A stretch of DNA of 63,725 nucleotides, the filler included, from Dugesia japonica (taxonomy: Eukaryota), in NCBI GenBank assembly GCA_001938525.1. It is 5 parts of 5 records of this genome, joined end to end, with 100 filler letters (N's around TTAATTAATTAA, not from the genome) between each part and the next. Parts side by side here need not be neighbours in the genome. Positions count along the whole stretch, not along the records: positions 1 to 14,987 come from MQRL01511549.1; positions 15,088 to 23,220 come from MQRL01528906.1; positions 23,321 to 35,167 come from MQRL01633917.1; 2 more parts are not named here. The stretch is one strand, 5' to 3'. The position numbers were made by a program, and so were the translations under genes. Shown here one piece after another: positions 11,500 to 23,390 of this stretch (positions are counted from its first letter, which is position 1; each line of letters opens with the position of its first letter). The notes under the pieces are model-generated. The model did not search any database. It saw only the letters and a program-made list of their open reading frames with translations, and was not told the origin of the DNA.

Positions 11500-12740
11500 C
11501 ATTTCAATTCAGCTCCGATTATTATTTCCATACTTCAATATATTTAAGTGACCAATAGTCTATTCTTTCAGCTTCGGTTATCTTTAAATCACGAGGTTCC
11601 TATTTCAGGAGTAGCTGGTAGTCTATTTCGATTCGGCTTCAGGCTCTCCAACTAATGTGTCAATTCTCTCTAAACTGCATTTTTTAGAGTAGCTGTGAGT
11701 CTATTTTCTTTTGGTTCAGCTCCAATCTACTCTTTAATGTGAAGCATCTCAGTAAAATGTGAAATTTCACTGATTTGTATTTTCCGTGCTGCTCGGACGT
11801 GAGATTATAGAGAAAACTCTTCGGGGTTTCCAACTCTTGCTAAACTGATTCCAATTTTGGTAACCAATGTACCTTCTAGTCAACACTGAAATACAATAAT
11901 CACAAGTTTCTCCGAATCTATTTTGGCTGATTCTACCATGACTCATTTCACCTTATCAAATAAAATTCTGTAGGGCTATGAGCAGATAGCTGTAGAGAAT
12001 GGATTTCAAGGCGAATCCACGCCAACCGAACTGCCGTAGATGGTCAACCTATCATTTACGGATGCCTAACTTTGCCGACACCCTCATTGATTTCTTGTGA
12101 ATCGTGACTTATCTTCTCTAGATAAATCTTGTATTGTGATTCTTTCGTCCTGAGAACTATCCACAGTAGTTAGTTCCCGAGAGCAGTACTCTTTATCCAC
12201 AGCCATGAAGCTCGAAGACAGTCTCAAGCATATCTCCAGAAGATATTCTTTCACTACAATTACTTCGAAGATTTCTTACCATTAGTCAATAATAACGTCC
12301 TCTTTCTTGGTCATTAGACAATCATTAGGGCTATCCTCTTGGAAGTTGATCAAGCTTCGGATTCTAGCTTACTGATTGCCAGCCCTATTTTCCAAAATTG
12401 ATCCTATTATCACGACACCTTTTCCTAGGGTACTTTCACATATCTATGATTACTTCGAGTCTTCTTTCCAACTCAAGGTTTTCTTTCAAAACAATTTCTA
12501 ATATCTCGATACTCTGGCAAATCCCGAGCTCATAATTTGTAACTCTAAAACCTTCGATTAATACAAAATAATAAGTATTCTCGTGAGTGGTTCCTGCTGG
12601 ACACCACAGTAATAAAACTTCCTGCAATACTATCGTCCCCTTCTCCATTCCTTTTTCGATTAAGATTTCGATATTACCTCGCATGGGTCTACCTGTGTTG
12701 ACTGTCCCGATACCCATCCCGCACTTCTTGATAAGTATAG
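11500..12740 (-). ncRNA. Conserved structured 5' leader of giant element A (paralogous to 16560-17710)
   Basis: Colinear non-coding similarity with element B, with no shared open frame and compensatory stem changes (TGGATT-tcaaggcg-AATCCA vs GTGAGTG-tcaaggcg-CACTCAC). Confidence 0.6.
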
Positions 12741-14987
12741 CTTTTAGTTAATCATGTTGCAGATTACTCCTTGAATCTACAATAATTCAGTCGTTAATAC
12801 GTTTGGTTACTTTTGATTGATTCATCTACTCGTCATAATTCCAATTATTATCTCCTTCATCGTTTAAATTTCTCAATTAATTCTAGTATTTATGTTTGCG
12901 ACCCTTACCCAACTTAGTCAATTTATTTCATTAATTTTTTATAATTTCCATATCATTTAACCATTCATATCGTTTTAATTTTTCTCCACATTATTCCTTT
13001 AATTTCTTCGCAATAATTATTCGTTTATCTCTAAAACTCCTTAAAAAATATCTCTCTTTATTCTTATTAATTCATTTTAACACTTTCCGCATCATTTTAA
13101 TAATATTTATCTAATAATCTCGATTCAATATATTTAATTCATGTCATACTTATCTTCAATTGAGTAAAAATTAGATTTGCATATTTTAAGGTTTTTATGT
13201 TGAATTAACTTTCCATGGGAGTAATTAAAATTTTAACTAACAGTGTTATTTACCGAATAGAATATGGAAATATTTTAATTTTAATTAACTATACTAAACT
13301 ATAATAGTTTAAACTATATTTTATTTTAAAACATTAACTGTTTCTAAAATATCAGAATATTTTATACTTTTAAAATTAGAATTTAATAATTTAATTTATT
13401 TTATTATTATAAAAGCAAATTTGTTTTGCTAGTCCATTTTAATCTAACCCCTCGCAGCTATTATTAAACTGTGTGGCAAAACATTCATTTTACTGATTTC
13501 AAATTAGAATCGTGGCAAACATGTAAGTCTATTTTTACTATTTATAAAAATTAATTAATTGTTTTTTTGTGTTCATTTAGGAACCTAGCACAAACTTAAA
13601 CCAACGGAGGCTTTGAATTATTGAACATCGATCTACAGTGTATGCATTAACTTTAGTTACACAAAGTTGATACAAGGCCATCAAACCATTCAGAATGTAT
13701 ACGGAATCATAATCCTGATGTCACTTGCATAAAATACAAATCCGATGTTTTATATGCTCTATGGTTTGATAGGAAATACTTGGAAGATAATATGAATCGA
13801 TTGTAAGTGAGAAATAGTGTATTGTTTTGATTTAATTTCAGGATTACTGATTTACACTTAGCAAAATTAATCCAGTTGTTTCTGAATCGGAATCTGTTAT
13901 TCCCAGCTATATTTCTGTTGAAGATGGAAATGGAGAAGATATTGATTATGAATTATGTATTTTATTAAATACTTATTGAATAATTAGTAACGTTACTATT
14001 GAGAACTAAATTAATTTCCTGCTATTAATTATTTATGCAAAGTTTAATTAGATTTGTGATGTTTTGAAAATAAGCTGATGAATTAATTTTGAAATATTTT
14101 TAATATGACTCAAATTGTTTATTTTACATTTCAGATTATTTTCATAAATCTTTTTTAAAAGCTATTTTTATTATTAAGAAAGTTTAAATATTCCACCATA
14201 AGCAATAAAAACAGAAAAAAAATTTTACATAAAAATATATTTCCAAATTGAATTAGATAATTCAGTACGTATTGAAAGATTAGAAAAATGGCATCAAATA
14301 AAGACCACACAATTGGAAATAATAAAGGTAATTCTGGAATAATTCACGATTATTTTTATCCTTTTAAAATACAACGCGAGGTAATTTTTAACTTTAATGA
14401 TAATCTTTATTGACTTGCTAGAAGTTTCTATTTATATGTAATCATGTAAATACAACATGCTTGGTGTCTAAATTTGTTGTTTGATATTTTCAAGATATAC
14501 TTATTAATGAATATTTCGTCATATTCATGTTATTAAATAACTTTAAATAAATTTACAAAAGGTTTAGTTCTAAAATAATTAGTACTTATCTTAGCGGTTA
14601 ATTTTTAAATAAGTTAAACTTTGTCAAATAATAATTTGGAAATATTTATTATGAAAAGTTATTTATAATTTTTATTTTAATGATAATCTTTATTTATTTG
14701 CTGATGTTTAATAGGGCAAATTTAATGTAAAATACTTCGATGAGAAGATCTTTGATGATAAACTACTTATGTCATTTAGATTGCAACTGTTGTTTTTATT
14801 CTATTTGCTTTGTTTGGTGCTTATTTGAATAAATAACATAATAAATAAATAAAAATAGATAAATCATTTCTAAATATCACTTACTCCACAGTGTGCACTC
14901 ATCAAACCTCGGGTAATTGTCATGTCAGTTAAATAATACCCCCGAACTATTTGTGTTAGCTCAGCTCATTATATTAATAATCGAAAC

Positions 14988-15087
14988 NNNNNNNNNNNNN
15001 NNNNNNNNNNNNNNNNNNNNNNNNNNNNNNNTTAATTAATTAANNNNNNNNNNNNNNNNNNNNNNNNNNNNNNNNNNNNNNNNNNNN
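14988..15087. other. Artificial scaffold-joining linker (44 N + TTAATTAATTAA + 44 N)
   Basis: Exact 100-bp pattern with a six-frame stop core, repeated four times in the window. Confidence 0.97.
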
Positions 15088-16559
15088 TTTTAATTGATTT
15101 TTGTAATGTGTTACTTATGATTTTAATTTGGATTTAAAGTCAAATAATATGAATAATGTATACATTTTAATTTAAATTATTAGTTAATTAATTTTAAACT
15201 TGTAATAAATCTTGTTTAAATTCATAGTTTGCAATATATGTAAACTTTTCAAATTTCAAATTTAATTTTACAAATAAAAAATATAGACTACGTTTTAAAA
15301 TATGTGTAAATTTTCTTTTAGTTACTTAAAATTTTAATAAATTTATATAAAAATTGAATAATTATACTAAGTTCCTTAAGCTTTCTTCGATTTCATTGGA
15401 TTTTCACCAACCATCCAACTTGACCAATAACAAGAATTATGCTCCAGATTTTAAGAATTATATGAAAAATGTNNNNNNNNNNNNNNNNNNNNNNNNNNNN
15501 NNNNNNNNNNNNNNNNNNNNNNNNNNNNNNNNNNNNNNNAAAAATGTATACTTATGGAATGACCACTTATTTTACACTTTGTTCTTTCGGATTTTACCAG
15601 TCTAATATAAAGTTTGGCGCTTTAAAATGATGATATCCAGAATCAGTAAACATTTCTCTATCTTATAGATCCTTTGATGTTCAAATTTCACTGACTTTTT
15701 ATTTTTTCAAAATTTGATGGTTTATCATTAGAGACTATAATTATACATGAGGGCAACCCATAATTAATACTTGTTTTTAATTTATTTCATTAATAATACA
15801 GTTTGATGATTTTTATCCGTATTAATATTGATATTTGAAATATTTTCAATTACTGCATTCTCCTCGTGGTCTTTTTCTTTATAAGTGGTTGACATGGTAT
15901 CAGTATCACTTGATTCCGAACTTTATTCCGAGTATTTTCGATTTCTACTTGACGCTCTTGTCGTAGATATACTATCATTAACTGATTTAGATTTGTATAA
16001 ACTTTCTAGATCAAGGTCTTCTAACAAATTGGCTATTGAGTGGTTTGGTTCGGTTATGGTGTCGAATTCTCTTTGTATTTCGTCGTTAGACGGAAACGAA
16101 CTGGGTGATTCGGATGCTGAAATTGATAAAAATTGATTGAAGTGTCGAGACGGCCTGTTTTATTATTATTTAGGCTGAATTGGATCATTTATTTACAAAA
16201 GACCTTCTATGTTCGGTACTTTCTCTAAAATTGTATTGGGGTTCCTGATTATCTATGATTGTTAATTTGATTGGCTCGTATATTGATTGGTGTATCTCGA
16301 ATTTTGGAACATTGAAATATATTTTGTTTTGGTTTCTGAAAATAAATAAGATGGCCCTACGGCTTCTGCACACATTCAAATATTATTATCGCATTCATTA
16401 ATTAACCACTTTTACAAAGTATCCAGAACAACTTGCTGGTAATCAACTCACAACTGCAATATTTACTACAATGTCTTACGTTCATATTTCGATATTTTTT
16501 TTCAAAATAACTTATAATCGTTTCTTCCAACAGTTTATTTGCTTTGAACCCTCTCTTTA

Positions 16560-17710
16560 TGTAGCCTGTAATCTTTTATTTCAGCTTTAGTTGGGCGACA
16601 ATTTCGATACTCAATTTTCAATAATACTTCAATATCTCAATGCTTGAGTCAGTTGACAGTCTATTTTGATTCAGCTCCAACCGCTCGCTAGTATGAAGGT
16701 TCTCAGTCAGAATCCTATGATCCAGCTGATGTGTAACTACGACGCTACCCGCAATCGCAATACAAAAATAATTTTCCAAAAATAAACAACACTACTGATG
16801 CCACACTTGGGCTAACTATAGTACCACCTTGTCAAAACTGAGTTCTCTGATCGCAAGATACCATGGACAATATGCGGCCTTGTCCTACCGGGATTTACCA
16901 CCCTAAAATCTAAAGCTCTGTAGAGCTACGGGTAGTTAGCTGTATGGAGTGAGTGTCAAGGCGCACTCACGCCAACCGAACGCCATATGTGGTCAGCTTA
17001 ATCAATGCCATGCTCATTGCCGGCTCCTTCGTTTATTCTCCGGGAATTCTTGAGTTTATCTCGCTTGGACTAAACTTCATTCTTCTGGCGTTGAAGTCAG
17101 ACAAAGTATCCAACTTCTGAGATCAGTACTCCTTATTCGAAGCGTTGAAGCTCGAAGTCCGACCCAGCATATCCACGGAAGATCTTCCAGTCCAATAACT
17201 ACTTGGAAGATTCCATTCTTTAGGTCAATAACAATTTCAATCATTTCAGTTATTAGACGATCATTGCGGCTGTTCCTTCAAAGTTGATCAGGCTTCTAGT
17301 TTCAGCTTACTAATTTCAGACCCTATTTTCCCAAATTACATCTACCATTATGACATCTTTTTCTCAGTTGCTTTCAGATATCCATCGTTACGCTCGAAAT
17401 TGTCTCTCTTCAAATCACCATAATTAAAATTCTTCAACAACATTTAAATCTAAATTCCAAATAATTATCTCATATGAAACCCTCAATTAAATCACCAAAT
17501 AATACCAATAAACTCTCGAAAATTTAATTTCCAGTAATAGTAACTACTCGATTATTGTTTCATATGACTCCGTAACCATAGAACCCCACTGTTACACCTC
17601 ATCCTCATCTCCGTTCATTTGTCGATCGAATTCTTGGTTACCACTCACTTGGGTGACCTCCCTGTGTTGACTGTCCCGTTACCTATCCTGCACTTCTTGA
17701 TAAGGTATAA
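16560..17710 (-). ncRNA. Conserved structured 5' leader of giant element B
   Basis: Blocks shared with 11500-12740 in the same order: TCAAGGCG...CACGCCAACCGAAC, CAGTACTC, GAAGCTCGAAG, AAGTTGATCA.GCTTC, CCCTATTTTCC, CCTGTGTTGACTGTCCCG and GCACTTCTTGATAAG. Confidence 0.6.
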
Positions 17711-20352
17711 CAATTTATTCTCCAAATAAATTTCATTGATTAACTACATTAAAATACTCCAAATCATTTGTCGCCCCCTCTTCTCCGTAAATTATATTAG
17801 TTAATCGACAATCAAAATCATTCTCTCATCATTTTTAATCTCATAACTTTCAGTTTCCATTACTCCATTATCGGTGCCATATCATTACTACTCAAATTAT
17901 TCATTATTCATCAATAACAGTTTGCATCTCGTCAATTCAATTATTATTCAATTCCAATAAATTATATCGTCACAACATTAATTACTATTGTCAATTATTA
18001 TTCATCCTGAATTTAGGCTTCATTTATTAGCTCATCTCGTTTACTTTAATATTAATATTCATTCTGATTCATTCCCACATCCCGACAGGATACGTCTCGA
18101 TCCATTAATTTACTCCCCATACTCATTGTTTCACCTTCTCAATGGAGGTTCTAATCTCAATAATTATTACTCTTCTTTATTATTCTTTGATTTATAGTCA
18201 TTATCGCTTCTACTTTATGCTGAGCTGCTTCATTTACATTAAATCATATCTTTACTCATTTAGAATTTATAACTCGCCTCGTTAACTTTTATTTATTCAT
18301 TCATTGCTGCATATCAATTTCAACTACGCTTCTTTTACTATATTGTTACTGGTCATTGGTTTACCCACCCCAAAAACTCGCTTCTCGTTCCGATTTTCTG
18401 CTGCTAAATGTATGTTAAAATTTATTCAATACTTGCCTCATTACTAATACACTTCTAATGCTGCTCCTTTTTTTATGCTTAAATGTCAAATGTCTATTGA
18501 CTCACATCCAGTTTCTACTACTGTTGTTTTCATAGACAACTGACCTGTGCGTCAATCTGATTTTCTCCGCTTTTATCTAAAATCCCTGCCGATTACTCAA
18601 CAAATATTCCATGACCAGCTGCAGCAATTTGGTTCTGATGTTTCACACAAACTGCCCGGCCTGATCATTGTTTACTTGTTGATTCATTTAATACGTGATG
18701 CTCGAAGTGAGGCCTTCCGAATGAGAAGAGTTGCGAGATACATCTTCTAATCTCACAACTATGCTCATTTGAAACCACTCTATTATAATTTCATCATTAT
18801 TTGTTTATTTATTATACTTTATTTAGTTTAATATTTATACCCTCGTTAGATGCTCCTTACCACATAATCCGGAGATGCAGTGCATGTGAGTCCCATTTCT
18901 CTCTCACACACTTCACTTCCAAATCTTTTGGTACATTCATTTTCCTACACATTTGTTTATGAATTACTCATAAGATGTTTAATATAAGTCTATCTCGATA
19001 CTTGGTGTGTGCAAGTTCTCATGACCCACTCTCACCCGCCAAGCATTTGAAACACCGTCTGATTTTTATCATTATCTCATTTCATAATTAAGTTAACTGC
19101 TGTTTGATATAAATTATGCTCGCTGTCACATGAAAGATAAGCAGCTTGTAAATCTCACTCTATTTTTGGACGCTCATCATTATCTGTGCAGCATCCTTAC
19201 AGGACACACACAATAACTCGATGCCTGTGTCGAATCGTAATACAAAAATTTTGCCGCAACTATTTAACTCACTTTATAGCCTCGTTTAAACTCAACTTTT
19301 AATCTTTCACTTCACCTCTCATTACTCGAATTTATCGCTACTCTTTACACAAAATCTTAACCATGCTTTGCCTGTATCTTATTATGTTCCTATTCTCTGT
19401 GTGCATTATAATTGTCTTATATCATTGTTCTTTTAAATGCGTGCTATGTTCTTTACTCTCTGCCTATCTGTATCAACTAATAATACGTGCTAACTAACTC
19501 AATACTTATGTTGTACTTATATTCTACTGTAATAATTATTATTTATTGGTTGATTTTAAATTATCTATAATTATTCAAATAAAATAAGATAATAAAATAT
19601 TATATCCAATTATCCAAAATTCTACCTTGTTTTAAATATGTAATTTACATCGAATTTAAATTATCTAAATAATATTACTAATATATATTAATAAAAATAT
19701 AAAGTATCCGAGTATTACCAGTGCTAAAATCATTATGCCAATATAAATAAAATCAGTACCAAGCTCATCAACAAAAGTTCATTTTTAATTTAGCTGCTTA
19801 TCAAACTGTACTCAATCTTTATTGAAATACTTTTATAAAAAATCGTTTACTAAAAATTATTTACGAAATTTATTTACTGAAATTTATAAATGAACATTAT
19901 AATAATAAATAAATTATTAATTATACTGCGCATGTTAAAAAAGTACATTAATAAAATATTAATGCGCAAAGTAAAGAATATTAATCAAATTATCAATCTT
20001 ACATGATTCGAGTGCCATTTTCATCGACAAAATAACTGCATAATTTTTAAAACTTATCTGCATATTTGGAACATAATTTTATTATTCAATGCTATTCAAT
20101 TACAAATATATTCGATTTTACAAATATGCATATCCCAATTAGATTTTTCCGCGGCCATTTTCCGAATGTAATTCGCACTTTGCATTTTCATTCATTTACA
20201 ACATTAGTTCTACTCGTTTCGTTAAAATTATCATAATTGTGCTATCTTTGTAGTGGCATTACTGAAAATTACGTTTAACTGGATAACAAGATTTAATAAT
20301 TAGTTTTCTGAAAATTAATAGTGTATGAAAGAGATTTAGATCGATTGCGTAG

Positions 20353-20370
20353 TTCTCGGCTGAGCCCCCA
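20353..20370 (-). promoter_or_regulatory. Primer-binding site, tRNA-Pro-like
   Basis: The minus strand reads TGGGGGCTCAGCCGAGAA, compared with the canonical tRNA-Pro PBS TGGGGGCTCGTCCGGGAT. It lies 7 nt downstream of an LTR-type ...AACA end. Confidence 0.65.
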
Positions 20371-20725
20371 AACCACTTGTTGGGTTTTTAGGATTTTTAT
20401 TTTTAACTTAAAAATTCTATTCACTCTCATTCACCTCCAATAAATTTTCACCTAGTCTAGGGGCAACCTAAAAACCTCAAGCGTGTGCATCACCTCTGTG
20501 ATGTGCTCCTCTCTTTCCTATGGTTCAACGCAACTGTGCGGTATCGCATCGTATTTGCAGGAAAACTGAACCCCACAGTAATGAATCTCTTTTTGCTCAG
20601 TATTAGTTTATCTTATTTCTATAATTTCATCCTTATCAAATATCATTTAGTGAACATACAACAAAAACAAATTGAGAACAATCCATTTTCAATTAACCAC
20701 ATTTATTTAAATTGATAATATGTGC

Positions 20726-21100
20726 TCATTTGGTATCCAAATCCACGGTCGTGTTCATGGCTTCTGTGGATGGCGGCGGTTCTCGGTAATTCATCCACAA
20801 GGTTCGTAGCGTCAGGAGCATCGCACTCTCCCGATCAGCATACGTTTTAATTACATCAACCATGAGGCGATAAACGTGCTGAAGGGACAATTCGTTTTCT
20901 TTTAACTGGTTGTACTTCCCCGTAGCCTTTATAACTTGCCCCTTCAGTTGATGGATCTCATTCCACATATCTCGCCACTCCTCTGACAATTTGTTTCTTT
21001 CTCCAGCAACATCCACATACAAGTACCCGAACTCGTCGATATACGCGCTCAAATCTTCCTTAGATTCATCTCGGCTCTCATTATGATTTGGTTCCTGCAT
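20726..21100 (-). CDS. Intact 124-aa coiled-coil ORF or terminal exon inside the LTR of element B, function unknown
   Basis: GC-richer open frame preceded by an acceptor ttgattacag| and followed by AATAAA ~20 nt after the stop. Heptad-like segment LSEEWRDMWNEIHQLKGQVIKATGKYNQLKE. Confidence 0.5.
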   Translation of the reverse strand: MQEPNHNESRDESKEDLSAYIDEFGYLYVDVAGERNKLSEEWRDMWNEIHQLKGQVIKATGKYNQLKENELSLQHVYRLMVDVIKTYADRESAMLLTLRTLWMNYREPPPSTEAMNTTVDLDTK

Positions 21101-21709
21101 CTGTAATCAATCAATTAAGGTCATTCAACTCCATAAACTAATGCAACAAAAATAGTTTTTTTAAACGATTCTTCGGCCTGGAAACTATCTTTTCCTCTCC
21201 ACCGCTTCATTACGCAAACCAGAGAAGACGGTCACTATTTGCAAGCATCTTTTCTCGTTTTCATCATCTTCAAGACTCCTCTACATGATTAATTGAAATT
21301 TTCTCCCTATACTAACAGCATAACAAAATATGGATTTACTGAGCTACGATAATACTAAGATTTTTATTAAACTGACTTTGAAATATTAGCTACTACAAAT
21401 CAACTTGAATATATCTAAGTCCCAATAATTGATCCATAATACGGACGTTAATAAAACGACATTCTTAAAGGTTTCACTATAACGAAAATCTATAGTTTCA
21501 CTTTCCAGACTGCCAAAAATATAATCCACAGCAAGCTAATTTGATTCATGTAGAATTCAAACTGAGGACTTACTAGTATGGATATTAATAACTTTAATAC
21601 GAAAAGAAAAACTCAACAATAACTAAAAGTTACTGCTGAAAGTTCCTCCAATCGAAAAAAAATTTGATTTGTTAATATAAATTGTTACTAAAGTTTCATG
21701 AAAAATCAA

Positions 21710-21813
21710 AACAAATTTCACTATGACGAGAAAATATAATTAACAAATTTCACTATGACGAGAAAATATAATTAACAAATTTCACTATGACGAGAAAATA
21801 TAATTAACAAATT
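21710..21813. repeat. 32-bp tandem repeat, ~3.2 perfect copies
   Basis: Unit aacaaatttcactatgacgagaaaatataatt at 21710, 21742 and 21774. Confidence 0.95.
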
Positions 21814-22354
21814 CTTTAATTGATATAATTTATTTTACGAAAAATTTAAAATTAAATAAAAGAAAACTAAAATAAAAGTAACCATAACGAAACGAGCATA
21901 ACTTATTTGTAAAATCTGCAAACTCATAGTTATCCGACTCCACATGACTGACTGAGCTCTTCTATCTGTTCCTCTTTAGAACATTCGCATAATCTCTGCT
22001 AAATTATAGTCAAATCCACCTTTTATTTCCTTAAGAGCTTATCATTATCAGCATATTTAGCATATATCAGTATATCTCTCATATATATCTATCATCTAAC
22101 AGTCACCTCACTTGTGTCTATTACACTCACATCTTTACCACCTTTCGCTTATTTCGTCCAGATTTTTCAAGAGCTCGGTCATTAATACGGAGGCAATTTC
22201 TTGGAATGGCACTCGATTACGGTAACTATTAACAATAAAAAATGAAAAAAAGTTTTACTTCGCTTGTGTTTTTCCTTTTTTTTCAATTGTCCAATCTGAT
22301 TTATCCACAAGTATTGCGCTTCTGCTTCAATAATTAACCTCTGCTCCAATGACT

Positions 22355-22515
22355 ACCTTTAGGAATTTTTAAAATAAACTTCTCTTTTGAATTAATTCAC
22401 CTTTAAGAATTTTAAAAATAAACTTCTCTATTGAAATAATTCACCTTTAAGAATTTTTAAAATAATTTTCTCTATTGCAATAATTCACCTTTAAGAATTT
22501 TTAAAATAAACTTCT
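22355..22515. repeat. 44-bp tandem repeat, ~3.7 copies
   Basis: Unit acctttaagaatttttaaaataaacttctctattgaaataattc at 22355, 22399, 22443 and 22487. Confidence 0.9.
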
Positions 22516-23220
22516 GCTTATTTTTCAAGTGCAATCTTTTTTATTCGATTTTTTATAGTTTCCCATTAGCCGGCCAATCACCTGCAATTTTCACTCAATC
22601 TGGGTAGATGATTAGTGCAGTTTGTGTGCCGTCTTCTCTTCTTATTGTGTCATCATAATTTGTGCACACCAACTTTTGCCCTATATTTTATTTCTCAGTC
22701 ACCTCGTGTGACCTTTGTGATGAATCGGCTAGTTGTTAGGCCAAAACCTTGTCTAGCACGGAATGATTCAGCTAATCTACTGATTATTTTTGTGTTATTT
22801 TTCATCAGCTAGACAAAGACTAATGACTGGACCAGTCGTAATTATAATAATTAAATAATATCAAATGGATAACATCCATTAATATAATAAATATAACAGG
22901 TCGTAGAGACCTTTCTAATATAATATTATAAAATTTTAGTTTTTTTTTTATTATTACGTTCTTCTTTCCCTTTCTACTTATATTATTTTCAGTTTTGTAA
23001 CATAAGATTTGGGTCTTTCCTGCCCAATTTTTCATTTTCGATATGTAATAATATTCTCATAACATTTATAATAATAATAATTACATAATAATAATAACAA
23101 TAATAATTATAACGATTCTCTTGAAAATATTTCTGGCCCAGTTCATCAATTTCGTGTCTATTATTTCCCATTCTATCCATTTTCACTATTCTCTATTTCT
23201 TCTTTATCTCGAGTAATTTT

Positions 23221-23320
23221 NNNNNNNNNNNNNNNNNNNNNNNNNNNNNNNNNNNNNNNNNNNNTTAATTAATTAANNNNNNNNNNNNNNNNNNNNNNNN
23301 NNNNNNNNNNNNNNNNNNNN
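23221..23320. other. Artificial scaffold-joining linker
   Basis: N run + TTAATTAATTAA + N run, 100 bp. Confidence 0.95.
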
Positions 23321-23337
23321 TAATAATAATAATAATC

Positions 23338-23377
<40 letters not shown>

Positions 23378-23390
23378 TAATAATAATAAT
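23321..23390. repeat. (TAA)n microsatellite
   Basis: Direct reading. Confidence 0.95.

Larger units (their letters stand above)
4985..13150 (-). mobile_element. Giant Ty3/Gypsy-like (Burro-like) LTR retrotransposon A: leader, gag and long accessory polyprotein; truncated before pol
   Basis: A near-continuous decayed minus-strand ORF runs from ~11502 to ~4985. It contains a coiled-coil region, then a gag core (YSGNPEKLDNFI...LPLYLKGSA...RRQMNDESF...IFIKGLRNSEVR...PETVEQAINVA), CCHC knuckles (FFNCGQYGHIAREC; CKLCQRTG), and >4 kb of further coding sequence. Confidence 0.75.
15600..23220 (-). mobile_element. Giant LTR retrotransposon B (related to A): 5' LTR, PBS, ~4-kb leader and start of the decayed ORF
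   Basis: The minus-strand LTR ends in ...CCCAACA at 20378, followed by a tRNA-Pro-like PBS. The leader is homologous to element A at 16560-17710. A decayed low-complexity ORF occupies ~16400-15640. Confidence 0.6.
20378..23220 (-). repeat. Long 5' LTR of element B (possibly up to ~2.8 kb; outer end not defined)
   Basis: TGTTGGG at 20378 on the plus strand (...CCCAACA on minus) sits adjacent to the PBS. The segment contains tandem repeats and an exon-like ORF. Confidence 0.5.

Noticed and set aside
12436-12717. 93-aa ORF as the explanation for A/B leader conservation
   Set aside because: The homologous frame in element B closes with stops, and the conserved blocks extend far outside the ORF.
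15032-15043. Recurrent TTAATTAATTAA as a biological repeat or target site
   Set aside because: It is always centred in N runs within an exact 100-bp block, so it is a synthetic six-frame-stop linker.
21710-22515. CRISPR-like arrays (32-bp and 44-bp repeats)
   Set aside because: Head-to-tail tandem repeats with no unique spacers, in a eukaryotic context with no cas genes.
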